Shown here one piece after another: positions 29,149 through 43,686 of a DNA stretch of 64,000 bases; position 1 is the first letter of the stretch, and every line of letters starts with the position of its first letter. Position numbers and translations under genes: made by a program. Origin of the DNA: the human T2T-CHM13v2.0 reference genome, Homo sapiens; NCBI RefSeq assembly GCF_009914755.1, contig NC_060933.1; one strand, given 5' to 3'. The notes under the pieces were generated by a model that made no database searches, had not been told where the DNA came from, and saw only the letters and a list, made by a program, of their open reading frames with translations.

Positions 29149-29485
29149 CTACGGAGAAAAAAAAAAAAAAAGCTGCTTGCATTTTACAGTATCTCTCTCT
29201 ACAAGCCCTTAGATTTGAATTTCTTCATTCTGATAAATCGGATGCTATTGCGCCACCCATTTCCATGTACTAGTATTTCAAAGTTGTGGACATTACCTAG
29301 AGTGTGTGTTTAGAGTATGTGTCTTTTTCTTCTTGTTTGTGTGTGATTTTCCATAGAAAAGAGAATTGAAACCTGAAGCTGAGCTTTGTTTTTTGATAAT
29401 ACCTGAAGCTAATGAAAATAGGAATGAGGAGAATGTCATTCCAGGAAGGGAGAGCAATATGGTTTTAATAGTTACTAAAAGTATA

Positions 29486-29982
29486 TGTGTGATAGACAGA
29501 ATAACATCTCACCCAAAAGATGCCAATATTCCTAATCCCCAGAACCTGTGAATATGTTACTTTATATGGCAAAAGGGAATTTACAGATATGATCAAGTTG
29601 AGGATCTTCAGATAGTAAAATTATCCTGCATTAGCCAGGTAGGCACGATGTAATCACAAGAGCCATTATAATGGGAAAAGAGAGGCAGGAGGGGAATTAG
29701 AGAAGGAAAGGACCAGAGGCAGAGGGCAGAGAAGAGCAAGACTGAAAAAGCCACACTGCTGACTTTAAAGATGAAGGAATGGCCCACAAGTCAAGGAATA
29801 CAGGGGGCTTCTAGAAGCTGGAAAAGTCAAGGAACTGGATTCTCCTCTACAGCTTCCAGAAGAAATGCAGCCCTGACAAACCATTAGTAACTTCTGATCT
29901 CCGTAATTTTACTTGAATAAGTATTTGTTGTTTTGAGCTCTTAAGTTTGTGGTAATTCTTCACGGAAATAATAGGAAATTAA
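29486..29982 (+). mobile_element. MLT1C/D MaLR LTR
   Basis: ctaatccccagaacctgtgaatatgttac...ctagaagctggaaaag...taagtttgtggtaat. Confidence 0.8.
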
Positions 29983-31057
29983 GGTGCTATATAGAGAGAA
30001 TATGGGGAAAAGGGTAAATAAATAATGCAGTGACAGACAGTGAAGGGTCTGGTATGCCAAGTTAAGGAATGTAAATTTTATCCTGAATTGCAGTAATGAC
30101 CATTTAAAAATTTTAAGCAGAAGGATTTTACAGTTAGTTGATTTTTTTTGTTCATTTTTACTTTATGACAACCACTCTAACAATAATTTGGATGGCAGAT
30201 AAATTGGAAGGGCCAAAACCAGAAGTTGGTAAATCAGTTGGGAGACTATCTATAATCTAGTCAAGAAATGCTGTGTTCACAGGAAGATATAGAAGACCTG
30301 GACAGAATGATAACAAGTAATGATATTGAATCAGTAATAAAAAGTCTGCCAACAAAATCTAGGATTCCACGGCTTTACTGATGAATTCTACCAAACTTTT
30401 AAAGAAGAACTAACATCAATTCTTCTCAACCTATTCCAAGCAATTAAAGAGAATGGAATTTTTCACAACTCATTTTACAAGGCCAGCATTACTCTGATAC
30501 CAAAACCAGAGAATGACACAATAGCAGTAACAACAACAATTACAGGCCAATATGTCTGATGAACAGAGTTGCAAAACTCTTCAGTAAAATACTAGCAAAC
30601 TGAATCCAACAACACACCAAAAAGATTACACAACATGATAAAGTGGGATTTATCCCAGGAAAGCAAAAATGGTTCAACATATTCAAATCAATAAATGTGA
30701 TATACCACATCTCACAGAATGAAAAAAACATAAGATTACTCAATAGATACAGTAAACGCATTTTCTAAAACTTAACATATCTTCATGATAAAAACTCCCA
30801 ACAATTAAATATAGAAGGAACATACCTCAACACAATAAAGGTCATATATGACAAACCCACAGCAAACATCCTGCTAAATGGGGAAAAGATAAAAGCCTTT
30901 CCTCTAAAAATTGGAACAAGACAAATATGCTAACTTTCACTACTCTTATTCAACACATACTATAAGTTCTAGCCAGCACAATTAGGCAAGAGAAAGCAAT
31001 GAACGGTATCCAAACTGGAAAAGAGGAAGTGAAACCATCCCTCTTCACAGGTGACAC

Positions 31058-31060
<3 letters not shown>

Positions 31061-31114
<54 letters not shown>
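31061..31114. repeat. Perfect (TA)27 microsatellite
   Basis: Directly visible. Confidence 0.97.
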
Positions 31115-31117
<3 letters not shown>

Positions 31118-31401
31118 AAAGACTTCACCAGTAAACTCTTAGAACTGATGAAGGAATTTAGTAAAACTTCAGGATACAAAATTAGCATACAAAAACCAAT
31201 AGTGTTCCTGTACACCAATAATTAACTAGCTGAAAAAGAAATTTAAAAAGCAATCTCTTTTACAATAGCTACAAAAAGTACCTAACCAAGGAGGTAAAAA
31301 ATCTCTACAAAGAAAACTATAAAACACTGATTTAAAAATTGAAGAGAACACAAAAAAATGAAAAAAATGAAAAGACATCTCATGTTCATGGAGTGAATTA
31401 A

Positions 31402-31695
<294 letters not shown>

Positions 31696-34600
31696 GTGAA
31701 CTAATATTTTTAAAATGACCATACTACCCAAAGCAATTTACAGATTAAATGCAATCGCTGTGAAAATACCGGTGACATTCTTCACAGAAATAGGAAGAAA
31801 AATCCTAAAATTTGCATGTGACCACAAAAGACCGTGAATAGTCAAAGAAATTCTGAGCAAAAAATACGAAGGTGGAGGCATCACAGTATCTGATTTTAAA
31901 ATTATTATATATGATAATAATATACAACTTTATTACATGAAGTTATCATAGCTTAAAAAGACTCATAGGACAATGCAACAGAATAGAGAACCCAGAAATA
32001 AATTTATGTATTTAAATCTAACTCATTTTAGACAAAGGTGCCAAGTGCATACATTGGGGAAAAGACACCCTCTTCAATAAATGGTGCTGGGAAAACTGAA
32101 TATCCATATGTAGAAGAATGTTTCCAGACCCTTATGTCTCACCATGATTAAAAATGAACTCAAAATGGATTAAAGATTTAAGCATAATACTCAAAATTAT
32201 AAAATTAATGAAAGAAAACATAGAGTAAATCCTTCTGGACATTGATCTAGGAAAAAATTTATGGCTAAGACTTGAAAAGAACAAACAATAAAAACAAAAA
32301 GACAAATGGAACTATATCAAATGTAAAAGCTTCTTTACAGCAAAGGAAACAACCAACAGAGTGAAGAGACAACTGGTAAATGGAAGGAAATATTTGCAAA
32401 CTATTCATATGACAAGGGACTAATATCCAGAATATACATGGAACTTGAGCAACTTAACAGAAAAAAAAAAAACCTGCACAATTTTTATTATAAAATGGGC
32501 ATAGTATCTGAATAGACATTTCTCAAAAGAAGACGTATAAATGGCCAAGTAGTGTATGAAAAAATGCTCAACATCACTAATCATTAGGGAAATGCAAATC
32601 AAAATGACAATGAGATATAATTTCACCCCAGCTAAAATTATTATTATCCAAAACACAAAAAAAAAAATGCTGGAGAAGCTAGAGAGAAAAGGGAACTCTT
32701 ATACATTGTTGATGGGAATGTAAATTAGTACATCCATTATGGAAAACAGTATGAAGGTTTCTCAGAAAACTAAAAATAGAACTACCATATGACCCAGCTA
32801 TTCCATTAGGTATTTATCCAAAGGAAAGGAGATCAGTATATCAAAGAGGCACCTACATCCTCATGTTTATTGCAGCACTGTTTCCAGTAGCCAAGATATG
32901 GAATCAACCTAAGTGTCTATCTAAACAGATGGCAATGTGGTATATACACACAATGAAATACTATCCAACCATTAAAAAGAATGAAATCTTGTCATTTGTG
33001 GCAACATGAATGAGCAAGGAGGGCATTATCTTAAATGAAATGCCAGGCACAGAAAAATAAATACCACATGTTCTCACTCATATGTGAGAGCTAATAACAA
33101 AACAAAATAAAACAAAAACTTGAGGTCTAAGAAGTAGAGAAGAGAATTGTGTTTATTAGCGGTGAGGAAGAGAGAGGGGAGGGGAGGATAGGGAGAGATT
33201 GGTTGATAGATACAAAGTTACAGCTAGATGGAAGGAATAAGTTTTAGTGTTCTGTAGGACAGTATAGTAAACATTTTTAACAATTTAGCGTATATTTTCA
33301 AAAAGCTAGAAGAGATTTTTGAATGTTTCCAACACAAAAAATAATGTCCAAGGTAATGGATGTGCTTATTACCCTGATTTGATCATTGCTCATTGTATAC
33401 ACTTATCAAAATATCGCTCTGTATCCCATAAATGTGTACAATTATTTTATGTCAAATAAAAATAAAAGGAAAAAAATAAATGCTATGTTCAAATGGAGAA
33501 AAGGTTATAAAGGTACGCTAAGGAAGTAAAATAACTGAGTGGATATGGAATCCTGAAAAAAGGCAGGATTCTAAATGACTAAAATTCTGCCACTGAAAGG
33601 ATACTTTTTATTTTTCTTGAAAGGAAAGAACAGAATAGAAGGATTGGATTTGTTAGAAGTAGGAGTTCAATTTTATATATTCTGTTTTTGAGGTGCCTAT
33701 AAGGGCTTCCAGTTAGAAAGATATTCAATAGAGTTGGATATATGGGAAATGAATTAGGCTTTACAAAAACCAAAGATATAAAATGGCAAAGAAGAAAGAG
33801 AAAGAATAATTTATAGAAATGTCCCACATATCTTTTAACCTCATTTATACCCATGAATTTAACCAATATTAATAAACGTAAGATTCCAGATATAAAGCTC
33901 TAGTCCTTATAGTTTACCTGAGCTGTTATCCCTACTCAGCTGTTTTCTGGAAAAGGCTGCTCTGACATTTAGAGGTATATGAAATCTTACCTTTCACCCA
34001 TCCTGGTTAACAGTACACCACCACTTCAGTGTCAGAAAAGTCAATGTCATCTTCAACTCCTGCTCTCATTCTATTATCAAATCCATCATGAATTCCTGTC
34101 AGTTTTACTTCTCAAATATCTCTGAAATGTAACCCATCTATTCTATCTCCACTGCCATTTGTTTAGTTCAGATCCATATAACATCCTCTTACTCCTTAAT
34201 AAGCATTTTTTCTTCCCAATCGATTCACGGCACTTGTAAGTAAGGTACTTGATGATATCATGGCCCCAACATGGTGTTTAACATCATATCTCCACAGAAC
34301 ATTTCTGAGGCAGGAAAGGGCCACCTGGTCTTCTCCCCTCTAATCAGAGAGCAAATGCCTTCATAGAAGCCCTACAGCTCTGAGCACCTTCTTGGCCAGA
34401 AACAAGTCACCTACTTACTCCTTCACCAACCACTGAAATAGGGAAGTGTTTAGACTAATCATAATTAATATTGTTAACTTAGCATGCTGCCTACTAAACA
34501 AAATCAGGCTTCTTTAAATGAAGGGAGGAAGGGGACAGTGGATAAGAAAATAGTTCTTAGGCAACCAAAATCTGCTTTATCTAGAAATCATGAAATAACA

Positions 34601-36966
34601 AGATGGTAGCATTAGTCCAGACTTTAGAGAGAGAGGGAGGGAGACAGGGAGAGAGAAATGCTTAAATACAATAGTTAAACAGTGACATGCATCTCTTCAT
34701 TTTTAGGAATGTTTTTTCAATACTCACTCTGAAAGACATTTTTATATTGCTGAAAAAATATGTTTATTGAGATCCTAACAATTATATTTGCATAAAAACA
34801 GAGGAATGAATCAAGATAGTAATAATTTTTTTTATGTTTAAACATGAGAAAGGACACACACACACACACTCAGACACACACACACAGTTTGAATCTAAGC
34901 TCACCTAAATATAGACACCACCATTCTTCTCATGGCATACATCCAAAGGACAGGCATAGTGCATACAAATAATTACTTGATCTCCATATGACTAGTCGTG
35001 CATTTTTTATTTGTTTTAGAAACATAACCTAGCACATCCCGATTTGTGTTTATGTACGCTGCTACCATCTGCCCATTTAATGGCAATACAGCAATTATAA
35101 AACAATGGCCAATGGTATCCAAATAAAGGATAGATGGAGCACAGTGAAAATGGGAGAAAATGTCATGGCTTTTGAAAACACAGGTTTCAAATGTATCACC
35201 ACTGTGGCACATTCTGAATGTTATCAGCTTCTCTATATATAATGGTTTCTTTACTTGGCTCTAAGCTGGAACTCAATTTATCTTTCTCAGCAATATGCTA
35301 TCTTGTTAATTAGTTTACGTTTATGTAAAACATTGAATATGTTAACATTTTTGTATGTCGACTGTAAATAATAAACAACTATTATGCCAAAAGGTTAAGT
35401 TTTTTATTGCAAGTTAACAGTACAATCCACCAAATGTCTATTGCCCATGATCATTTTTCTTCATAAACATTTCTCCCAGGTTTGTTTATTCTAGGATTTA
35501 TGCCGATAATGAGCTTTTGAATACTGATTTTATATGACACAGGGTCATATTTAAAAGCTTTTTATCAAAATAACGGGAGATGTAATTTTACATACATCTC
35601 ATCAATACAGCTGTCTTTAATCTCTGGGGATAAATAGTGACAAATGAGGCTTAGTTTTTGACTTGTTTAGCTGCTGCTGAAACAGACTGGGTGTTTTAAT
35701 GGAGCTTTTAAGTGGGTAATAGGTATGCAGTGAGCATTCTGAGGTGTGATAATGAGATCTATGTGTGGATGCGGCACTATATTTTTCACTGTGTTTCTGC
35801 ACAAGAAAGTATTTGCAATTTATAAAAGAATCAGAAGTCTATTTACATGGCTACTGGGATGTGCTAAATTTCCTTATGCATTTAAATATCCCTATTTTCA
35901 CACCCACTACAACCATTATTTAGTTTGCAGATTCATTAAACTGTATAATGTGTACGTATTAACTGCCAAAGAAATCATGTCAAATTAGGTGTGGATTTTT
36001 ATTGCTTAAAAAAAAGTACACAATAATGCAACATACTTAAAAATGTTTGAATCACAAAATTGTTATGGTGACAAAAAAAAGGTTTGGATAAACATCTTTC
36101 ATTCAAGCCTTCAAATTCATATATTTAATATTAATGTCTCCAATTACAGGAAACACTAGCTGTGATTTCAGCATTGGTTTGATGAAACCAAAACTGGATT
36201 CTCTAATTGCTGAAAAGTGACAGACCACATAAATGGCAACAACCCGAATACAGGAGTCCTGAAATTCTAGCCAATAGGCAGAAATTCTTACTCTTGCAAA
36301 TCTCGGTGTGGTTAGTGGAAAAGAAAAGAGAGGAAGCAGAGATAAAAGTAAAAGGTTAGGTGCCATAACAATAAAGCATCTAGTTTCTTAATGAAGTCAA
36401 CAACTGATTTCCTGCACATAAGCTAATTTGAAAGCATATATAAGAATGAGGAACTTTATAATGCCTTATATTATATTTCCTGGTACATGTACACTGTAGA
36501 TTACAGGAATGTGGATTTAGGGAAACAGCATGGACTTTGGTGAAGACAACTCTGAACCTACCATATATCTGTCACTTCCTGGCCATACAATTGTGGCCAG
36601 ACTATGTATCATCTTTATTCTCAGCTGTCTCATTATTAAAATGTGTTGGGGGGTGCACTTCTGATTCAAATGATGAGGTGACTTCAGAGTCCTATGGAGT
36701 CAAGATATTCTGAAGGCCCCTCTAAAGAGTAAGCGACTGGATCTTGTTTGTATTTATACACTTTCTAAGGCATTGCTGGACTTATAACAATAAAATAAAA
36801 AATTAGTAACCACCCCTAAGTTTTTTTTAATAGTGCTAAAATCAAAAAGTTTAGTTGGCCCTGTACAAATTCCAGTAAAAGGGCTGCTATCAGAAGACAA
36901 TACCTTAGATCAGCTATGAAGTGGGGAGGCTGAAACTAAGAATCTTGTATTAGGTTAAGAATTTTC

Positions 36967-38148
<1,182 letters not shown>

Positions 38149-38399
38149 AAGAATTTTCAAAGAGGGCTAAAATGGCCACACATTGGGTAGTGGCATGAGG
38201 TTTTTGGCAAGAGCAAGTGTAGATACTTTCTGAAGGAATGCACATCAGATATAGGTCCTCCTGATTTCCATAAACCAAGATAAAACAAATATGAGCTCAC
38301 ACACAAAGATAACAAAATAGGAAGCTGCTTCTGCAATTATAAGAGCAGTAGGAAAAGAAAGCCTCATGGAGGTGCATTAGTAAAGAAAACAATTTCAAA

Positions 38400-39450
38400 C
38401 TCATTTTGAGGCCAGCATTAAGTTTATAATAAAACCAGAAAAAGACATTACAAGAAAAGAAAACCATAAACTGATATCCCTGAACAGTGACTAAAAAATC
38501 CTTAACAAAACATTAGCAAATTAAATTCAACAATATATTTTATATATATAAATATATATTTATATATATATTTATTCTATATATATATTTAATTAATAGC
38601 AAATTAAATTCAACTATATATATATATAGGATAATACATCATGTGCAAATGGGTGGCCATATTAACAGATTGAGTGAGAAAATTCTTATGATTATTTCCA
38701 CAGACATAGACAAAGCATTTGCCAAAATTCAGCATTTATTTATGATTCAAACACAACAAATTAGAAATAGGAAGATGTTTTCTTAACAGGATAAAGGACA
38801 TCTCTTTTTTAAAAAGACACCTATAACTAACATCATACTTAATGGTAAGAGGCTGAACATTTTCCCCTAGGATTGAGAAGGAGGCAAAGATGTACTCTTT
38901 TCACCCCTAATCAATACAGTACTGCTAATATTGCCCAGTGAAATAAAACAAGAAATTAAAATAAAAGCCTTACAGATTAGATAGGAAAACTGTCTGTATT
39001 CACAGAGGACATGCTTACCTATGTAGAGAATTTCAGACAATCTACAAAAATAGCTCCAAAAACATGAGGGAGTTTAGCAAGTTTGTACAATACAACATTG
39101 ATAAATTAAAATGTCACATTTTCATTATATATGTATCATTGGATAAAGTCAGTCATATTTCCAAATACTAGCAATGAAAGCTCAGAATTTGAGACTAAAA
39201 AAAATCACTTCAAACAGTATTGAAGGAAAGAAATGAAATAAAAATCTAAGAAGATATGTCCAGAATTTATATACTGAAAAATATAAAATCCTGTTGGAAT
39301 AAAAAATACAGATATAAATGGTGGACATACCATATTTATGAATTGGAAGACTCAATATAGTTAGCATGTCACTTCATCTCAATTTTATCTTTTGATTCTA
39401 TACAGTCCCAAACAAAATTTCAAAAAATCCCCCCCAAATTTCAACATCCA
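38400..39450 (+). mobile_element. Old L1M ORF2 relic (resumes at about 43126-43385 after the younger L1)
   Basis: Degenerate ORF2 motifs (gaggccagcatta..aaaccagaaaaagacattacaagaaaagaaaac). Confidence 0.75.
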
Positions 39451-39462
39451 AAAAAATGTATA

Positions 39463-42400
39463 AGTCTCTTTGTAGGTCTCTAAGAACTTGCTTTATGAAT
39501 CTGGGTGCCCCTGTATTGGGTGCATATATATTTATGATGGTTAGCTCTTCTTGTTGCATTGATCCCTTTACCATTATGTAATGCCTTTCTTTGTCTTTTT
39601 TATCTTTGTTGGTTTAAAGTCTGTTTTATCAGCGACTCAGATTGCAACCACTGCTTTTTTTGTTTGTTTGTTTTTCTTTTGCTTGGTAAATATTCCTCCA
39701 TCCCTTTATTTTGAGCCATGTGTGCCTTTGCAAGTGAGATGGCTTTCCGGAATATAGCACACTGATGGGTCTTGACTCTTTATCCAATTTGCCAGTCTGT
39801 GTCTTTTAATTGGGGCATTTATATCATTTACATTTAAGGTTAATATTGTTATGTGTGAATTATATCCTGTCATTTTGATGCTAGCTGGTTATTTTGCCCG
39901 TTAGTTGATGCAGTTTCTTCATAGTGTTGATGGTGTTTACAATTCGGTATGTTTTTGTAGTTGCTGGTACCGGTTGTTCCTTTCCATGTTTAATGCTTCC
40001 TTTGGGAGCTCTTGTAAGGCAGGCCTGGTGGTGACAAAATCTCTCAGCATTTGCTTGCCTGTAAAGGATTTTATTTCTCCTTCCCTTTTGAAGCTTAGTA
40101 TGGCTGGATATGAAATTCTGGGTTGAAAATTATTTAAGACTGTTGAATATTGGCCCCCTCTCTCTTCAGTGAATCCAGGAGCTGGGTTTCGAGAAGATTA
40201 CCAAAATAGATAGACCGCTAGCCAGACTAATAAGGAAGAAAAGAGAGAAGAATCAAATAGACACAATAAAAAAATGATAAAGGGGATATCACCACTATCC
40301 CAAAGAAATAGAAACTACCATCAGAGAATACTACATACACCTCTATGCAAATAAACTAGAAAATCTAGAAGAAATGGATAAATTCCTGGACACATACACC
40401 CTCCCAAGACTAAACCAGGAAGAAGTCAAATCCCTTAATAGACCAATAACAAGTTCTGAAATTGAGGCAATAATTAATAGCCTACCAACCAAAAATGCCC
40501 AGGACTAGGCGGATTCACATCCGAATTCTACCAGAGGTACAAAGAGGAGCTGGTACCATTCCTTCTGAAATGATTCCAAATGATAGAAAAAGAGGGACTC
40601 CTCCCTAACTCATTAGCATCATACTGATACCAAAACCTGGCAGAGACACAACAAAAAAAGAAAATTTCAGGCCAATATCCCTGATGAACATCAATGTGAA
40701 AATCTTCCATAAAATTCTGGCAAATCAAATCCAACAGAACATCAAAAAGTTTATCCACCATGATTAAGTTGGATTCATCCCTGGGATGCAAGGCTGGTTC
40801 AATATACGCAAATCAATAAACATAATCTATCACATAAACAGAACCAATGACAAAAACCACATTTTATCTCAATAGATGCAGAAAAGGCCTTTGATAAAAT
40901 TCAGCAGCCTTTCATGATAAAAACTCTCAGTAAACTAGGTATTGATGGAATGTATCTCAAAATAGTAACACCTATTTATGACAAACCCACAGCCAATATC
41001 ACACTGAATGGGCAAAAGCTGGAACATTTCCTTTGAAAACTGGCACAAGACAAGGGTGCCTTCTCTCACCACTCCTACTCAATATAGTATTGGAAGTTCT
41101 GGCCAGGGCAATCAGGCAAGAGAAAGAAATGAAGGTATTCAAATAGGAGGAGAGGAAGTCAAATTGTCTCTGTTTGCAGATGACATGAATGTATATTTAG
41201 AAAACTCCTTCGTTTCATCCCAAAATTTCCTTAAGCTGATAAGCAACTTCAGCAAAGTCTCAGGATACAAAATCAATGTGCAAAAATCACAAGCATTCCT
41301 ATTAACCAATAATAGACAAACAGAGGGACAAATCATGAATGAACTCCCATTCACAATTGCTACAAAGAGAATAAAATACCTAGGAATACAACTTTCAAGG
41401 GATGTGAAGGACCTCTTCAAAGAGAACTACAAACTACTTCTCAAGGAAATAAGAGAGGACACAAACAAATGGAAAAACATTCCATGCTCATGGATAGGAA
41501 GAATCAATATCGTGAAAATGCCCATACTGCCCAAAGTAATGTATAGATTCAATGCTATCCCCATCAAGCTACCATTGACTTTCTTCACAGAATTAGAAAA
41601 AAACTACTTTAAATTTCTGATGGAACCAAAAAAGAGCCTGTATAGCCAAGACAATCCTAACCAAAAAGAACAAAGCTGGAGGCATCACGCTACCTGACTT
41701 CAAACTATACCACAAGCCTACAGTAACCAAAACAGCATGGTACTGATAACAAAGCAGATATATAGACCAATGGAATTGAACAAAGGCCTCAGAAATAATG
41801 CCACACATTTACAACCATCTGATCTTTGACAAACCTGACAAAAATAAGCATTGGGGAAAGGATTTCCTATTTAATAAATGGTGTTGGGAAAACTGGCTAG
41901 CCATATGCAGAAAACTGAAACTGGACCCCTTCCTTACACCTTTACAAAAATTAACTCAAGATGGATTAAAGACTTAAATGTAAGACCTAAAATCATAAAA
42001 ACCCTAGAAGAAAACCTAGGCAATACCATTCAGGACATAGGCATGGGCAAGGACTTCATGACTACAACACCAAAAGCAATGGCAGCAAAAGTCAAAATAG
42101 ACAAATGGGATCTAATTAAACTAAAGAGATTCTGCACAGCAAAAGAAACTACCATCAGAGTGAACAGGCAACCTACAGAATGGGAGAAAAAATTTGCAAT
42201 GTATCCATCTGACAAAGGGCTAATATCCAGAATCTATAAGGAGCTTAAGTAAATTTACAAGAAAACAAACAAACAACCCCATCAAAAAGTAGGCAAAGGA
42301 TATGAACAGACACTTCTCAAAAGAAGACATTTATGTGGCCAACAAACATATGAAAAAAAAAGCTAATCATCACTGGTCATTAGAGAAATGCACATGAAAA

Positions 42401-43113
42401 CCACAACGAGATAACATCTCATGCCAGTTAGAATGGCAATCATTAAAAAGTCAGGAAACGACAGATGCTGAAGAAGTTGTGGAGAAATAGGAATGCTTTT
42501 ACACTGTTGATGGGAGTGTAAATTAGTTCAACCATGGTGGAAGACAGTGTGGCGATTCCTCAAGGATCTAGAGCCAGAAATACTTTTTGAACCAGCAATC
42601 CCATTACTGGATACATACCCAAAGGATTATAAATCATTCTACTATAAAGACATATGCACATGTATGTTTACTGCAGCACTATTCACAATAGCAAAGTCTT
42701 GGAACCAACCCAAATGCCCATCAGTGATAGACTGGATAAAGAAAAAGTGGCACATATATACCATGGAATACTATGCAGCCATAAAAAAGGATGAGTTCAT
42801 GCCCTTTGCAGGGCCATGGATGAGGCTGGAAACCATCATTCTCAGCAGACTAACACAGGAACAGAAAACCAAACACTGCATGTTCTCACTCATAAGTGGA
42901 GGTTGAACAATGAGACAACATGGACACAGGGAGGGGAACATCACACATTGAGGCCTATGAAGAGGTCGGGGGAGAGGCGAGGGATAGCATTAGGAGAAAT
43001 ACCTAATGTAGATGATGGGTTGATGGGTGCAGCAAACCACCATGGCACTTGTATACCTACGTAACAAACCTGCACATTCTGCACATGTATCCCAGAACTT
43101 AAAGTATTTTTTT
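39463..43113 (+). mobile_element. L1PA7/8-like element with 5' inversion: antisense ORF1-end/ORF2-start 39463-40167, sense 40166-43113
   Basis: ORF2 fragments including LFADDM in ORF 41008..41697; 3' UTR; TSD aaaaaat(g/a)tata at 39451-39462 and 43114-43125. Confidence 0.9.
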
Positions 43114-43686
43114 AAAAAATATATAGACAAGCTAATTCTAAAATTTACATGGAAAAGCAAAAGTACTACAATGGCCTAGTAAATTTTGAAAAGAGGAATA
43201 CAGTTGGTGGACCCATGCTACTCAATTTTAAAAGTTAGTAAAAAGCTGCAAAATCAGGACAGTTTGTTGTGATTAAAGGACAGATAGTAGGTCAATGGAA
43301 CATAATAGAGATGCCAGCAATAGATGACACATAAATGACAAGCTTATTTTGACAAAAATGCAAAGAAAATGCAATGGGGGAAAAAGGTAAAATCTGTAGT
43401 GTAATTTCTTAAATTACAGCAGAGAACAAATATGAAAACATAAAATAGAGGTTGGAGAATAGAATAGAGGTCTAACATATGTCCAATCATAATTGCAGAA
43501 GAGATGAGAGGAAATGGTGAGAATAAATATATGAAAAGTTAATAGTATTTTATACTTAGAAAAAATAAGAATGTGCAAGTATAGACAAATCTATTACAAA
43601 TATCAAGCAGACTAAGTCAAAAGACACCTACTTGTTAGTGAAACTATAGGATATTAAATTTAAAAGTGGATATCTTAAAAGCAGCT

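Noticed and set aside
41008-42906. Active reverse transcriptase
   Set aside because: L1 ORF2 broken by multiple frameshifts and stops
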